Source of the DNA: Acidobacteriota bacterium
GTDB taxonomy: Bacteria; Acidobacteriota; Terriglobia; Terriglobales; Acidobacteriaceae
Assembly (NCBI GenBank): GCA_019351975.1
Contig: JABBOG010000015.1
Location: 1,203 to 65,202, forward strand
Length of the DNA stretch: 64,000 nucleotides
Reading direction: 5' to 3'
Under the pieces are notes generated by a model. That model saw nothing but the letters and a program-made list of their open reading frames with translations. It did not search any database and had not been told where the DNA came from. This document shows positions 1 through 8,593 of the stretch, piece after piece. The position numbers and the translations under genes are program-made. How positions within the stretch are numbered: the stretch's first letter is position 1; each line of letters starts with the position of its first letter.

Positions 1-23
1 GGCGATGACGCAACAATCCAAAG

Positions 24-293
24 TTATTCCTGGTGGGATGAACCTTTACTAATGAGTGTGCTCGTCACCTCGCTGACCTGCTGGGACCGAACCTCCAGCT
101 GACCAACGATCAACCTACCAATCGACAGTTTCTCGATGCGAGTCTCCATAATTTTCAAGCGCCTGATCGTCATGCTGCCTACCGCGAGTGCACCGATTGC
201 CATTGCCCCAAAAGCGACCGCCCCCACTGCGAGCGCGCCGGCCGCGAGGCTGCCTACCTTCACTTTGTCGATCTTGCTCTTTACCTGCTTCAT
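24..293 (-). CDS. Small hypothetical protein built from pentapeptide repeats (89 aa)
   Basis: ATG at 293 preceded by GGAG SD, 16 nt downstream of the SDR stop; repeats GSLAA-GALAV-GAVAF-GAMAI-GALAV-GSMTI-RRLKI. Confidence 0.7.
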   Translation of the reverse strand: MKQVKSKIDKVKVGSLAAGALAVGAVAFGAMAIGALAVGSMTIRRLKIMETRIEKLSIGRLIVGQLEVRSQQVSEVTSTLISKGSSHQE

Positions 294-309
294 TGTCTCT
301 CTCCAAACT

Positions 310-1095
310 CTAGTTCTGGTTGAGCTTCTTCGTCGTTGCGACTGCAAGGCGCAGGATCATGTTTCGGGGCAGAAACCTGGCGCCCCATGTGCCCAGGCGG
401 TTAGTCAGCTTGCCCGGGTACACCACCCGTTTGCGCTGCTCGAAGCCACGCAGTATGTCACTAACGACGTGTGCGGGCTGGTCCATTTCTCTAGCCTGCA
501 GCCTGGGATTCATCCTGGCAAAAAATCTCGTCGCCACAGGTCCGGGACAGGCTGCGGTGACTGTAACTCCGGTCTTGTCCAGTTCCAGCGAAAGCGCCTC
601 GCTGAAGAACAGGACAAACGCTTTCGATGCAGCATACACCGCCGCACCGGCCAGCGGCTGGAAGGCGGCGGTCGAGGCGATATTGATGACGCCGCCACGG
701 TGCATCTCGACCATGCCGGGAGCAAAGGCGTGGGTCAGTGCGATCAGAGCGCGTACATTCACATCCACCTGCTCCACTTGCTCGGTGAGTTGTGTATCGA
801 GAAAGTTTTCGAACACGCCAAGTCCGGCATTGTTGATCAGAATATCTATTCTGAGAGCGCGGTTCTGGATCTCGGCGATCAGGCGGTCAACCTCCGCAGC
901 CGAAGAAAGGTCTGTCGGTAGAACCGTTATCTGCACCCGGGTCTCGCCCCGCAGCGTCTCTGCGAGCCTGTTCAGAGTGTCTTCCGAACGAGCTACAAGG
1001 ACGAGGTTGGCTCCTTGTGCAGCCAGTTGCCTCGCGAAGGCTTCGCCCAAACCGGACGAAGCGCCTGTAATCAGAGCAGTCATATCTTGATACAT
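310..1095 (-). CDS. Short-chain dehydrogenase/reductase (SDR)
   Basis: TGASSGLG NAD(P)-binding motif, NNAG, catalytic YAASK, 261 aa. Confidence 0.95.
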   Translation of the reverse strand: MYQDMTALITGASSGLGEAFARQLAAQGANLVLVARSEDTLNRLAETLRGETRVQITVLPTDLSSAAEVDRLIAEIQNRALRIDILINNAGLGVFENFLDTQLTEQVEQVDVNVRALIALTHAFAPGMVEMHRGGVINIASTAAFQPLAGAAVYAASKAFVLFFSEALSLELDKTGVTVTAACPGPVATRFFARMNPRLQAREMDQPAHVVSDILRGFEQRKRVVYPGKLTNRLGTWGARFLPRNMILRLAVATTKKLNQN

Positions 1096-1471
1096 CGTTC
1101 GTCACCTGTGAATTGGAGTATCTAGAGGGTCGGCAATTACAACTGAAATCTGAGCTTTTCACGAACGCGGTGCGTATTAGATGGTGAGAATTAGTTTGAA
1201 GTCCCGGTCTCTGGGATGCGTACTAAGGCAGTCGAAGCATCCTCACGGGATGATGATGAGGGCATCGGCTATTGTGCGCCCATCAGAGCGGTGCTTTTCC
1301 GGGCCGTGTGTTGATCGTCAACAACGTTCATCGCGAAATAGTGGAATCAGTAACGGCAAGTCGACTTATGTCTAAGCAGCACAGCGCTTCTGAAAGCTCA
1401 ACTAGCGATATCAGGCCGAGTCACTCTCTAAGCGCCCCTCGAGGATGAATCGTTACTTAGGGCGGCGAATC

Positions 1472-1477
1472 TATAAT
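1472..1477 (+). promoter_or_regulatory. Perfect -10 box TATAAT 5 nt upstream of ribA ATG (possible leaderless transcript)
   Basis: TATAAT at 1472-1477, ATG at 1483, no strong SD, no recognisable -35. Confidence 0.45.
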
Positions 1478-1482
1478 GGGGT

Positions 1483-2100
1483 ATGCCGTACAGCAGTGTT
1501 CGCAAGGTTGCCGATGCAGACTTCCCTACCCGTTGGGGGCACTTTCGCATTCTCGGATTTGAGGGTGTAGCCGAGCGCGGCGGAGCTTCGCTGGCGCGCG
1601 TGGACAGCGCCGTTGCGCTGACGATGGGCGACCTGACGGCGGGGCCGCCGATTGTGCGCATTCACTCCCAATGCCTCACCGGCGACGTATTTCATTCGCT
1701 GCGCTGCGACTGCCACGACCAACTGCACCTCGCGCTTGGAAAGATCGCCGAAGAGGGCGCGGGGATCCTGCTCTACGAGCAGCAGGAGGGGCGCGGCATC
1801 GGCCTGATGGCCAAGCTGCGCGCGTATGAACTGCAGGACCAGGGGCGCGATACGATCGAGGCCAATCTCGAGCTGGGCTTCCGCGTGGACTACCGCGAGT
1901 TCGAGCTTCCGGCCGAGATCCTGAAGGCGCTGCATATCCCCGCAGTGCGGCTGATTACAAACAATCCCGAGAAGGTTGCGGCGATGGAGGCGGCGGGCAT
2001 TCGCGTGGTCGAGCGCATCTCTGCGGCGATCCCTTCGGAGCCCACGTTTGAGCGCTATCTGGAGACCAAGCGCGACAAGATGGGCCACCTCGTAGGCTGA
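1483..2100 (+). CDS. ribA: GTP cyclohydrolase II
   Basis: RIHSQCLTGDVFHSLRCDC zinc motif, QEGRGIGL, RLITNNPEK. Confidence 0.96.
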   Translation: MPYSSVRKVADADFPTRWGHFRILGFEGVAERGGASLARVDSAVALTMGDLTAGPPIVRIHSQCLTGDVFHSLRCDCHDQLHLALGKIAEEGAGILLYEQQEGRGIGLMAKLRAYELQDQGRDTIEANLELGFRVDYREFELPAEILKALHIPAVRLITNNPEKVAAMEAAGIRVVERISAAIPSEPTFERYLETKRDKMGHLVG

Positions 2101-2191
2101 CACCCTCTGCCCTGCGCTTGCCTCACATCAACATCGGATTCGAATTGAATCGCGAGATTTTCGTGCCGCATCCAACGCAGCAGGAGAAACT

Positions 2192-2800
2192 ATGGCACAG
2201 GATTTGGATTCGCTGAAGCATGGCCCGAAAGAGACAGGCGTCGAAGAGCTCATCTTGAAGCGGTGGAGCCCGCGATCGTACGCGGACAAGCCCGTATCGA
2301 GCGAGGACCTGACCAAGGTGTTTACAGCAGCCGCGTGGGCGGCATCGAGTTACAACGAGCAGCCGTGGCGCTTCATCGTCGGCAAGAAGGGCGACGAGAC
2401 CTATGCGAAGATTCTGGATGCTCTGATCGAGTTCAATCAGACGTGGGCGAAGACCGCACCCGTGCTGATTCTGTCCGTTGCGAAGAAGACGTTCACGCAG
2501 AACGGCCAGCCCAATGCCTATGGCCTGCACGATACCGGCGCTGCATCCGCCAACCTGAGCCTGCAGGCAACCGCACTTGGCATGCACACACACGGCATGG
2601 GCGGCGTGGATAAAGACAAGGCGCGCGCGAACTTCGCTATCCCCGACGAGTACGAGGTAGGAGCAGCGTGGGCGCTCGGATATCTCGGCGAACCCACAGC
2701 CCTGCCCGAGCCCTACGCAGGCATGGAGGTCGCGCCGCGCACTCGCAAACCGCTGCAGGAGATCGTCTTCAGCGCGTGGGAAAAGCCTGCGACGCTGTAG
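2192..2800 (+). CDS. Nitroreductase family protein
   Basis: RWSPR FMN-binding motif, WAASSYNEQPWRF, YDTGAA-like motif; AGGAG SD. Confidence 0.92.
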   Translation: MAQDLDSLKHGPKETGVEELILKRWSPRSYADKPVSSEDLTKVFTAAAWAASSYNEQPWRFIVGKKGDETYAKILDALIEFNQTWAKTAPVLILSVAKKTFTQNGQPNAYGLHDTGAASANLSLQATALGMHTHGMGGVDKDKARANFAIPDEYEVGAAWALGYLGEPTALPEPYAGMEVAPRTRKPLQEIVFSAWEKPATL

Positions 2801-2815
2801 TTTGCGCAGGCGCAG

Positions 2816-3319
2816 CTAGGTTGCGGCGGTTACGACCTTCGCGGTGGTAACCGCCTGCCCGGCGTGCCGTTGTGTGTGGTCCGCGCAGTGGATGATCAAC
2901 CCAGCGACGGTGGTAGGAAGCTGCTTTCGGCCTACCGCGCGGCCTTCGGCGAAGTCCTTCGGCGCGATCCGCCGTATGCGTTCCGATGCCGCCGCCAGAC
3001 CTTCGCGAAATTCGGCCCGCACGTCTGCGGCGTTCGTCACATCCATCTCCGTCTTCAGCAGCGCGATCTGCGCTTCACTGAGCTGCGCGCCTTCAGCGTA
3101 GGTCAGCAGGCGGTCGAGCGAGCGAACGATATGACGCAGATGAAACGCCACCGGCGGAAGCCCCGCGGGGCGCGCAAACATCTGCTCCTCCGAGAGCACG
3201 TCACACCATCGCGCAGCATCTTCAGCCGCTAGCTCCAATGCATGCAGCACAGCGCGGCGGATCGGTTCGATCTCCGTGCCCGTCCCGCGCAGCCAGGGCT
3301 CAGGTGATGTCTGCATCAT
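2816..3319 (-). CDS. DinB/YfiT family protein
   Basis: HLRHI and HCADHTQRHAGQ His motifs typical of DinB four-helix metalloproteins; AAGGAG SD. Confidence 0.85.
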   Translation of the reverse strand: MMQTSPEPWLRGTGTEIEPIRRAVLHALELAAEDAARWCDVLSEEQMFARPAGLPPVAFHLRHIVRSLDRLLTYAEGAQLSEAQIALLKTEMDVTNAADVRAEFREGLAAASERIRRIAPKDFAEGRAVGRKQLPTTVAGLIIHCADHTQRHAGQAVTTAKVVTAAT

Positions 3320-3392
3320 GCTCCTTCTTCGCCGTTTTCTTCGCCGTTCAAGCGTACCTGAACCGTCGCAACTCGTACTTCCTTACCCCGTT

Positions 3393-4865
3393 CTACTCAG
3401 CGCTTGCAGTCATCTTCCGCACAAGGTTCGTCGTCGAAAACCCCTCTACCGTCGGCACAATCTCCACGCGCCCGCCCGCCGCGATCACCTCCTCGTGCCC
3501 CACCACCGTCTCCACGGAGTAGTCGCCGCCCTTCACCAACACATCCGGACGCACCGCCCGAATCAGCTCCATCGGCGTGTCCTCCTCAAACAACACCACC
3601 GCGTCCACCGATGCGAGCGCAGCCATCACCCGCGCTCGTTCGCGCTCTCCCACCACCGGCCGCGTCGGCCCCTTCAGCCGGCTCACGCTCGCATCCGAGT
3701 TCAATCCCAGCACCAGCTTCGACCCAAACCTCCTGCAGTCCTCCAACAGCGTCACATGCCCCACATGCAGCAGGTCAAAGCACCCATTCGTAAACACAAT
3801 CGTCTCACCCGCCGCACGCCACTCTTCGATCCGCCGCGCCAGCCGTTCGCCGTCCAGAACCTTCTCCGCACCGCGAACACCGCTCGAAGGCGTCAGCGCC
3901 GCCACTAGCTCATGCGCCGCAATCGCCACCGTTCCAACCTTCCCCACGACGACTCCCGCAGCCAGATTTGCCAGGTCAACCGCCGTCTCCACCTTCAGCC
4001 CGCCCGCCATCGCAGCCGCCACCGTCGCAATCACCGTATCGCCCGCGCCGGAGACATCGAACACCTCCCGCGCCCGCGCCGGCGAGTGGTAGGCTCCGCT
4101 CTCCGACAGCAGCCGAATTCCCTTCTCGCTCATCGTCACCGCCAGATACCGCAGCTCGAACGCCACCCGCTGCGCCTCCCCCGCATGCAACAGCGCCTCG
4201 GTCTCGTGCGTCTCCACGCCCGTCGCCACCGCCAACTCCTGCAGGTTCGGGCACACCATCGTCGCACCTGCGTACTTGCCAAAGTCCGCCGTCTTCGGAT
4301 CCACCAGCACCGGCACGCCCGCCACCTTCGCCGCCGCGATCACCGCCGCGCACAGCTCCGTCGTCACCGCGCCCTTCGCGTAATCCGACACCACCACCGC
4401 GTGCACCTTGCTCACCAACTGCTCCGCACTCTCACGCAGCCGCCGCTCATCCTCCACGCCGTGCCGCTCTCTGCTCTCGATGTCCAGCCGCAGCAGCTGC
4501 TGCCTTCCCCCCACAATCCTCGTCTTCGAGATCGTCGGCAGCGGCGTCGTCACCACGCCTACGGCGTCCACCTTAGCCGCCTCCAGCATGGCCGCTAGCT
4601 CGCCCCTGTCCTCATCCTCGCCCCAGAACCCCGCCAGCAGCGCCTGGCATCCCAGCCCCGCCAGGTTCATCGCCACATTCGCCGCTCCGCCCGCGCGCGC
4701 ATATCGCCGCGCATGCCGCAGCACCGGCACCGGAGCCTCCGGCGAGATCCGGTCCACCTCCCCCAGAATGTACCGGTCCAGCATCAGGTCTCCAACCACC
4801 AGCACCTTTACGCGCCCAAACCCGCCCTCCAGCAAACCCAGTACCGCATGTGTCTCAGCCAGCAT
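3393..4865 (-). CDS. hldE: Bifunctional heptose-7-phosphate kinase / heptose-1-phosphate adenylyltransferase
   Basis: GDLMLDRY, ISPEAPVPV, DVSGAGDTV (PfkB kinase) plus VFTNGCFDLLHVGH (cytidylyltransferase-like); start set at 4865 after GGAG SD. Confidence 0.95.
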   Translation of the reverse strand: MLAETHAVLGLLEGGFGRVKVLVVGDLMLDRYILGEVDRISPEAPVPVLRHARRYARAGGAANVAMNLAGLGCQALLAGFWGEDEDRGELAAMLEAAKVDAVGVVTTPLPTISKTRIVGGRQQLLRLDIESRERHGVEDERRLRESAEQLVSKVHAVVVSDYAKGAVTTELCAAVIAAAKVAGVPVLVDPKTADFGKYAGATMVCPNLQELAVATGVETHETEALLHAGEAQRVAFELRYLAVTMSEKGIRLLSESGAYHSPARAREVFDVSGAGDTVIATVAAAMAGGLKVETAVDLANLAAGVVVGKVGTVAIAAHELVAALTPSSGVRGAEKVLDGERLARRIEEWRAAGETIVFTNGCFDLLHVGHVTLLEDCRRFGSKLVLGLNSDASVSRLKGPTRPVVGERERARVMAALASVDAVVLFEEDTPMELIRAVRPDVLVKGGDYSVETVVGHEEVIAAGGRVEIVPTVEGFSTTNLVRKMTASAE

Positions 4866-4951
4866 CGTTTCACTCCCCAACCATCATCGCATTCTCACAA
4901 CGTCCACGGCTTCAATCCCCCATCTGCCTGCCGCACCTCACAGCTCACGCC

Positions 4952-6070
4952 TCACAGCCTCTCCCGCACCGCCACCATCACCTCATCCACCGTAATCGAC
5001 ATCAGGCACTTCTTCTGCTGCTCCACGCACGTCTCCAAGCCGCAGCCCCAGCACTCCACCCGGTGATACACCACACTGTGCTTCTTCCCATACGGAAACC
5101 ACTGCCGCGGGATATTCCGCGCCGCGAAGATCGCCACCACCGGCGTCCCCACCGCTGCCGCAAGATGCATCGGGCCGCTGTCGTGCCCCACAAACAACCG
5201 CGCTCGCGCAAACGCCGCAGCGCTCTCTCGCGGCGTCAGCCGACCGCACAGGTTCACCACCAGGCCACCGCCGCGCTCGCGCCAACCCTCGGCGGCATAT
5301 TCACTCGCCTCGTTCTCCTCCGCCACGCCCGCAAGCAGCAGCGCGCGCCCCGGAAACGCCCCCGCCATCCGCCCCAGCAGACCACGCCAATTCTCCTTGC
5401 CCCAATCCTTCGCCTGCACCTTCGTTCCCACACTCACGGCGATGATCTCCATCCCCTGCGCCTCGTCCCCGATCGCCCGCGCCGCCGCTGCATGTTCCGC
5501 CGCGCTCAGTCGCAAGTCCCAGCTAGCCGTTTGCTGCATCCGCCCGGGATCCGCAACCTCACCCACCGCTCCCAGTTCGCCGATGCACCGCACCAGCCGC
5601 TCCGCCTCCGGCTCCAGATTTCCGTCGCCCATTGCGTGGTCCTTGCCGCCCGTAGCCGCGCCATAAAAGTTCCGCTGCATCCCTTCCGTCACCGGAACGC
5701 CCACCATCCGCCGCACGCCGCACAGCCGGAAGAACGCCGCATCCCGCCGCGCCACCTCCACGCCCCGCGACGCCGCCAGATACACCAGCACCTGCGGCCG
5801 CCAACGCGCAATCCGCCACCACAGCCGCGCCAGCTCCCCCACGCTCCGCGTCCCCGCCGCATACCGCATATATCCCTGCACCAGCCCCGACCCCTCCAGC
5901 ACCGCCGCCGCCGCCGGTGCCTTTACGCTCACCGGAAGATTCGTCAGCAGCCGCCGCTCCGCCGCCGGAAACGCCCTTGCTACCAGATGCAGCGCCGGCA
6001 GCGCCACCACCATGTCGCCCAGGCTCCCCAGCCGGTACACCAGCACCCTCCGCGTCGTCGTCTTTCCCAT
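4952..6070 (-). CDS. Glycosyltransferase family 9 (LPS heptosyltransferase-like)
   Basis: RLGSLGDMVV and GHDSGPMHLAAAVGTPVVAIF motifs; GGAGG SD before ATG 6070. Confidence 0.92.
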   Translation of the reverse strand: MGKTTTRRVLVYRLGSLGDMVVALPALHLVARAFPAAERRLLTNLPVSVKAPAAAAVLEGSGLVQGYMRYAAGTRSVGELARLWWRIARWRPQVLVYLAASRGVEVARRDAAFFRLCGVRRMVGVPVTEGMQRNFYGAATGGKDHAMGDGNLEPEAERLVRCIGELGAVGEVADPGRMQQTASWDLRLSAAEHAAAARAIGDEAQGMEIIAVSVGTKVQAKDWGKENWRGLLGRMAGAFPGRALLLAGVAEENEASEYAAEGWRERGGGLVVNLCGRLTPRESAAAFARARLFVGHDSGPMHLAAAVGTPVVAIFAARNIPRQWFPYGKKHSVVYHRVECWGCGLETCVEQQKKCLMSITVDEVMVAVRERL

Positions 6071-6154
6071 GCCTCCAGTGTCGCATTCACACCTCTCCCG
6101 CACCACCCCTCTACCCTCAACCTTCAGACTCCGCTATCCTTACCATACGCACCC

Positions 6155-6739
6155 ATGCTCGACGCCCACCGCATCGTCGCCCTGCACGACCAATCCACCC
6201 TCCACGGTCACGACGCCTCCACACCCGCCCCCATCGCCGCCTCCGCCTTCGACCAGATCGTCCTCGACCAGCACCGCGCCAACTTCGACCTCTGGCACCG
6301 CGAAGACGAAGCCCGCGACCCCAGCGCCTCCGACGCCTCCATCGCCCACGTCAAGCACGAGATCGACCGCCTCAACCAGCTCCGCAACAACCTCGCCGAG
6401 CAGATCGATACCGCCCTCCTCCAGCTCGCTCCCATCCATCCCGCCGCGCCTCTCCACTCCGAGTCTCCCGGCCTCATCATCGACCGCCTCTCCATCCTCG
6501 CCCTCAAGATCTTCCACACCGAGCAGCAGCTCCACCGCTCCACCCCCGAGCACCAGCGGCGCAACCACCAGCGCCTCCTCGTCCTCACCGAACAGCGCTC
6601 CGATCTCGCCGCCTGCCTCGCCACTCTCTGGTCCGATGTCGTCGCCGGCCAGCGCCGCTTCAAGCTGTATCAGCAGCTAAAGATGTACAATGACCCCACA
6701 CTCAATCCAATCCTCTATGCCCATTCGTCATCCAAATAG
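6155..6739 (+). CDS. DUF4254 family protein
   Basis: LWHREDEAR, IDRLNQLRN, SESPGLIIDRLSILALKIFH, QLKMYND motifs; only the 3' 194 codons of track ORF 4850..6739 look coding. Confidence 0.8.
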   Translation: MLDAHRIVALHDQSTLHGHDASTPAPIAASAFDQIVLDQHRANFDLWHREDEARDPSASDASIAHVKHEIDRLNQLRNNLAEQIDTALLQLAPIHPAAPLHSESPGLIIDRLSILALKIFHTEQQLHRSTPEHQRRNHQRLLVLTEQRSDLAACLATLWSDVVAGQRRFKLYQQLKMYNDPTLNPILYAHSSSK

Positions 6740-6853
6740 CAGTACCACCGTAACCCGCATTTGACGTCATCACCCTTACGCCCGTATAAACCGATACGAG
6801 CTATCATCGTAGAATCGCTGCACCAGAAACCGTAACCGAACACCGAGAACATC

Positions 6854-7441
6854 ATGCCCACGAAGCCGGCCGCATCCACCCCCGTCACCTCTGCTTCAAA
6901 GTCCCACGGCACCCACAAGGCTCCGCGCACCCTCGCCGGAAACGCCCAGCACGCCACCGACGCCGCGCGTAAGTCCACGCTCGCGCTCTACGAGCAGGCC
7001 CTCAAGCTCATGCAGTCCGGTAAATACGAGAAGGCCCACGAAGCCTTCACCAAAATGCTCGAGTCCGCGCCGCAAGACCTCGCCGACCGCATCCGCATGT
7101 ACATCGCCGCCTGCGTCGCCCAGCTCCACAAAGGCACCACCAGCTTCCAGACCCACGAAGAGCACTACGACTACGCCATCTCCCTGCTCAACCAGGGCAA
7201 CTACGAAGACGCCCGCCACCACCTGCAGGCCATCCTCCTCAACGAGAAGTCTGCCGACTACGCCTTCTACGGCCTCGCCCTGCTCGCCAGCATGACCGGC
7301 GAAACCGACACCTGCATCGACCACCTCACCCAGGCCATCCGCCTCAACAACCAGAACCGCCTCCAGGCACGCCTCGACTCCGACTTCGAGCGCGTCGCCG
7401 ACGACCCCCGCTTCACCGAACTCCTCTACCCCGAAGCCTGA
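6854..7441 (+). CDS. Tetratricopeptide repeat protein
   Basis: TPR-like helical pairs (YEQALKLMQSGKYEKA; YDYAISLLNQGNYEDA); strong C-ending codon bias. Confidence 0.8.
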   Translation: MPTKPAASTPVTSASKSHGTHKAPRTLAGNAQHATDAARKSTLALYEQALKLMQSGKYEKAHEAFTKMLESAPQDLADRIRMYIAACVAQLHKGTTSFQTHEEHYDYAISLLNQGNYEDARHHLQAILLNEKSADYAFYGLALLASMTGETDTCIDHLTQAIRLNNQNRLQARLDSDFERVADDPRFTELLYPEA

Positions 7442-7443
7442 CC

Positions 7444-8379
7444 CTACCGCAGGAACACGCCCAGCTCCGCCGCGGCCGCTCGCAGCGGCGGCAGAAACTT
7501 CGTCTGCATCTCCAGCATCGGCATCCGCGGCGCATGCCCGCTCAGGTTCACCACCGCCACCACGCGCCCGTTCCCCGCATACACCGGCACCGCAATCGAC
7601 CGCAGCCCGATCTCATACTCCTGGTCGCACAGCGCATACCCGTTCCGCCTTACATTCCGCAGCGACAGCCGCAGTTTGTCCACCGAGTTGATCGTTCGCG
7701 GCGTGTACTGCGTCAGAATCACCCGCGACAGATACGCCTCCAGCTGGTCCTGCGGCAGATACGCCAGCAGCACCCGCCCCATGCTCGTGCAGAACGCCGG
7801 CAGCCGCGACCCAATATGCAGGTCCACAGACATCACCCGCGTCACGCTCGTCCGCGCGATGTACACAATCTGCTCCCCGTCCAGCGTCGCCACCGAAAAG
7901 CTCTCGCCATACACCGCCGACATCCGCTCCAGAATCGGCTGCGCCGCATTGGCCAGCGTGCTCGACGCCGTATACGTATTCGCCAGCGACAGCATCTTCG
8001 GCCGCAGCGAGTACCGCTGCGACTCGTCCGCCCCCGCAAACCCCAGCTTCACCAGCGTGTACAAACACCGCCGCACCGCTGCCCGCGACAGCCCCGTCCG
8101 CACGCTCAACTGCGAGATCGTCATCTGCGGCGTCTGCGGCGTAAACGCCTCAATCACCACCAGCCCGCGCGCCAGCGACGCCATGAAATTCGGGTCGCCC
8201 GTATACGCATCCAGCGCCGTCCCCGGCAGCACCCTCGTCTTCACCTGCGCCCCATGGGCAGCAGCGTGAGCCGATGCCGGACGAACCGTATCGTGGGAAG
8301 GTGCACCATGAGTCGCTGTATGTGTCGCTGCATGCGCAGCAGCAATGGCAGGTGTGAGCGTGGCAGCCGTCGATGACAA
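7444..8379 (-). CDS. IclR family transcriptional regulator (PcaR/PobR-like) with His/Ala-rich N-terminal extension
   Basis: SLARGL...ISQLSVRTGLSRAAVRRCL HTH, GSRLPAFCTSMGRVLLA, EYEIGLRSIAVPV; TTG start at 8379 after GAGGAGG SD. Confidence 0.9.
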   Translation of the reverse strand: MSSTAATLTPAIAAAHAATHTATHGAPSHDTVRPASAHAAAHGAQVKTRVLPGTALDAYTGDPNFMASLARGLVVIEAFTPQTPQMTISQLSVRTGLSRAAVRRCLYTLVKLGFAGADESQRYSLRPKMLSLANTYTASSTLANAAQPILERMSAVYGESFSVATLDGEQIVYIARTSVTRVMSVDLHIGSRLPAFCTSMGRVLLAYLPQDQLEAYLSRVILTQYTPRTINSVDKLRLSLRNVRRNGYALCDQEYEIGLRSIAVPVYAGNGRVVAVVNLSGHAPRMPMLEMQTKFLPPLRAAAAELGVFLR

Positions 8380-8529
8380 AGCAGTACCTCCTCTGGGGAG
8401 GCGAAAAGCAATGAGTGCGATTGCCGCCCTGTCTCTACGATAAACGCACGGCCCTTCCGCGCGCAAGTCGACGTCGCCCAAAGCCCGCAGTCCCAACGCC
8501 CGCACTCCAAAGGATGCGAGCCCTCTACC

Positions 8530-8547
8530 CCCGCGAGCCGTCGCGGG
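8530..8547. terminator. GC hairpin downstream of pgi (possible terminator without U-tract)
   Basis: CCCGCGA-GCCG-TCGCGGG, 7-bp stem; no poly-U. Confidence 0.3.
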
Positions 8548-8593
8548 CGGATGTGGGTTAAACCTTCCCCTCATCTCGCCCGCTATCCCAGCG

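Noticed and set aside
1096-1482. FMN riboswitch upstream of ribA; small ORF 1181..1375
   Set aside because: Only AGGGCGG matches, and the other conserved FMN aptamer blocks are absent. The small ORF has no SD or recognisable motif.
4850-6154. 629-aa ORF suggesting a long N-terminal fusion to DUF4254
   Set aside because: The upstream part is the Arg/Pro/His-rich antisense shadow of the GT9 gene.
8380-8574. N-terminal extension of IclR in the ORF track
   Set aside because: Strong GAGGAGG SD before TTG 8379; the upstream translation is low-complexity.
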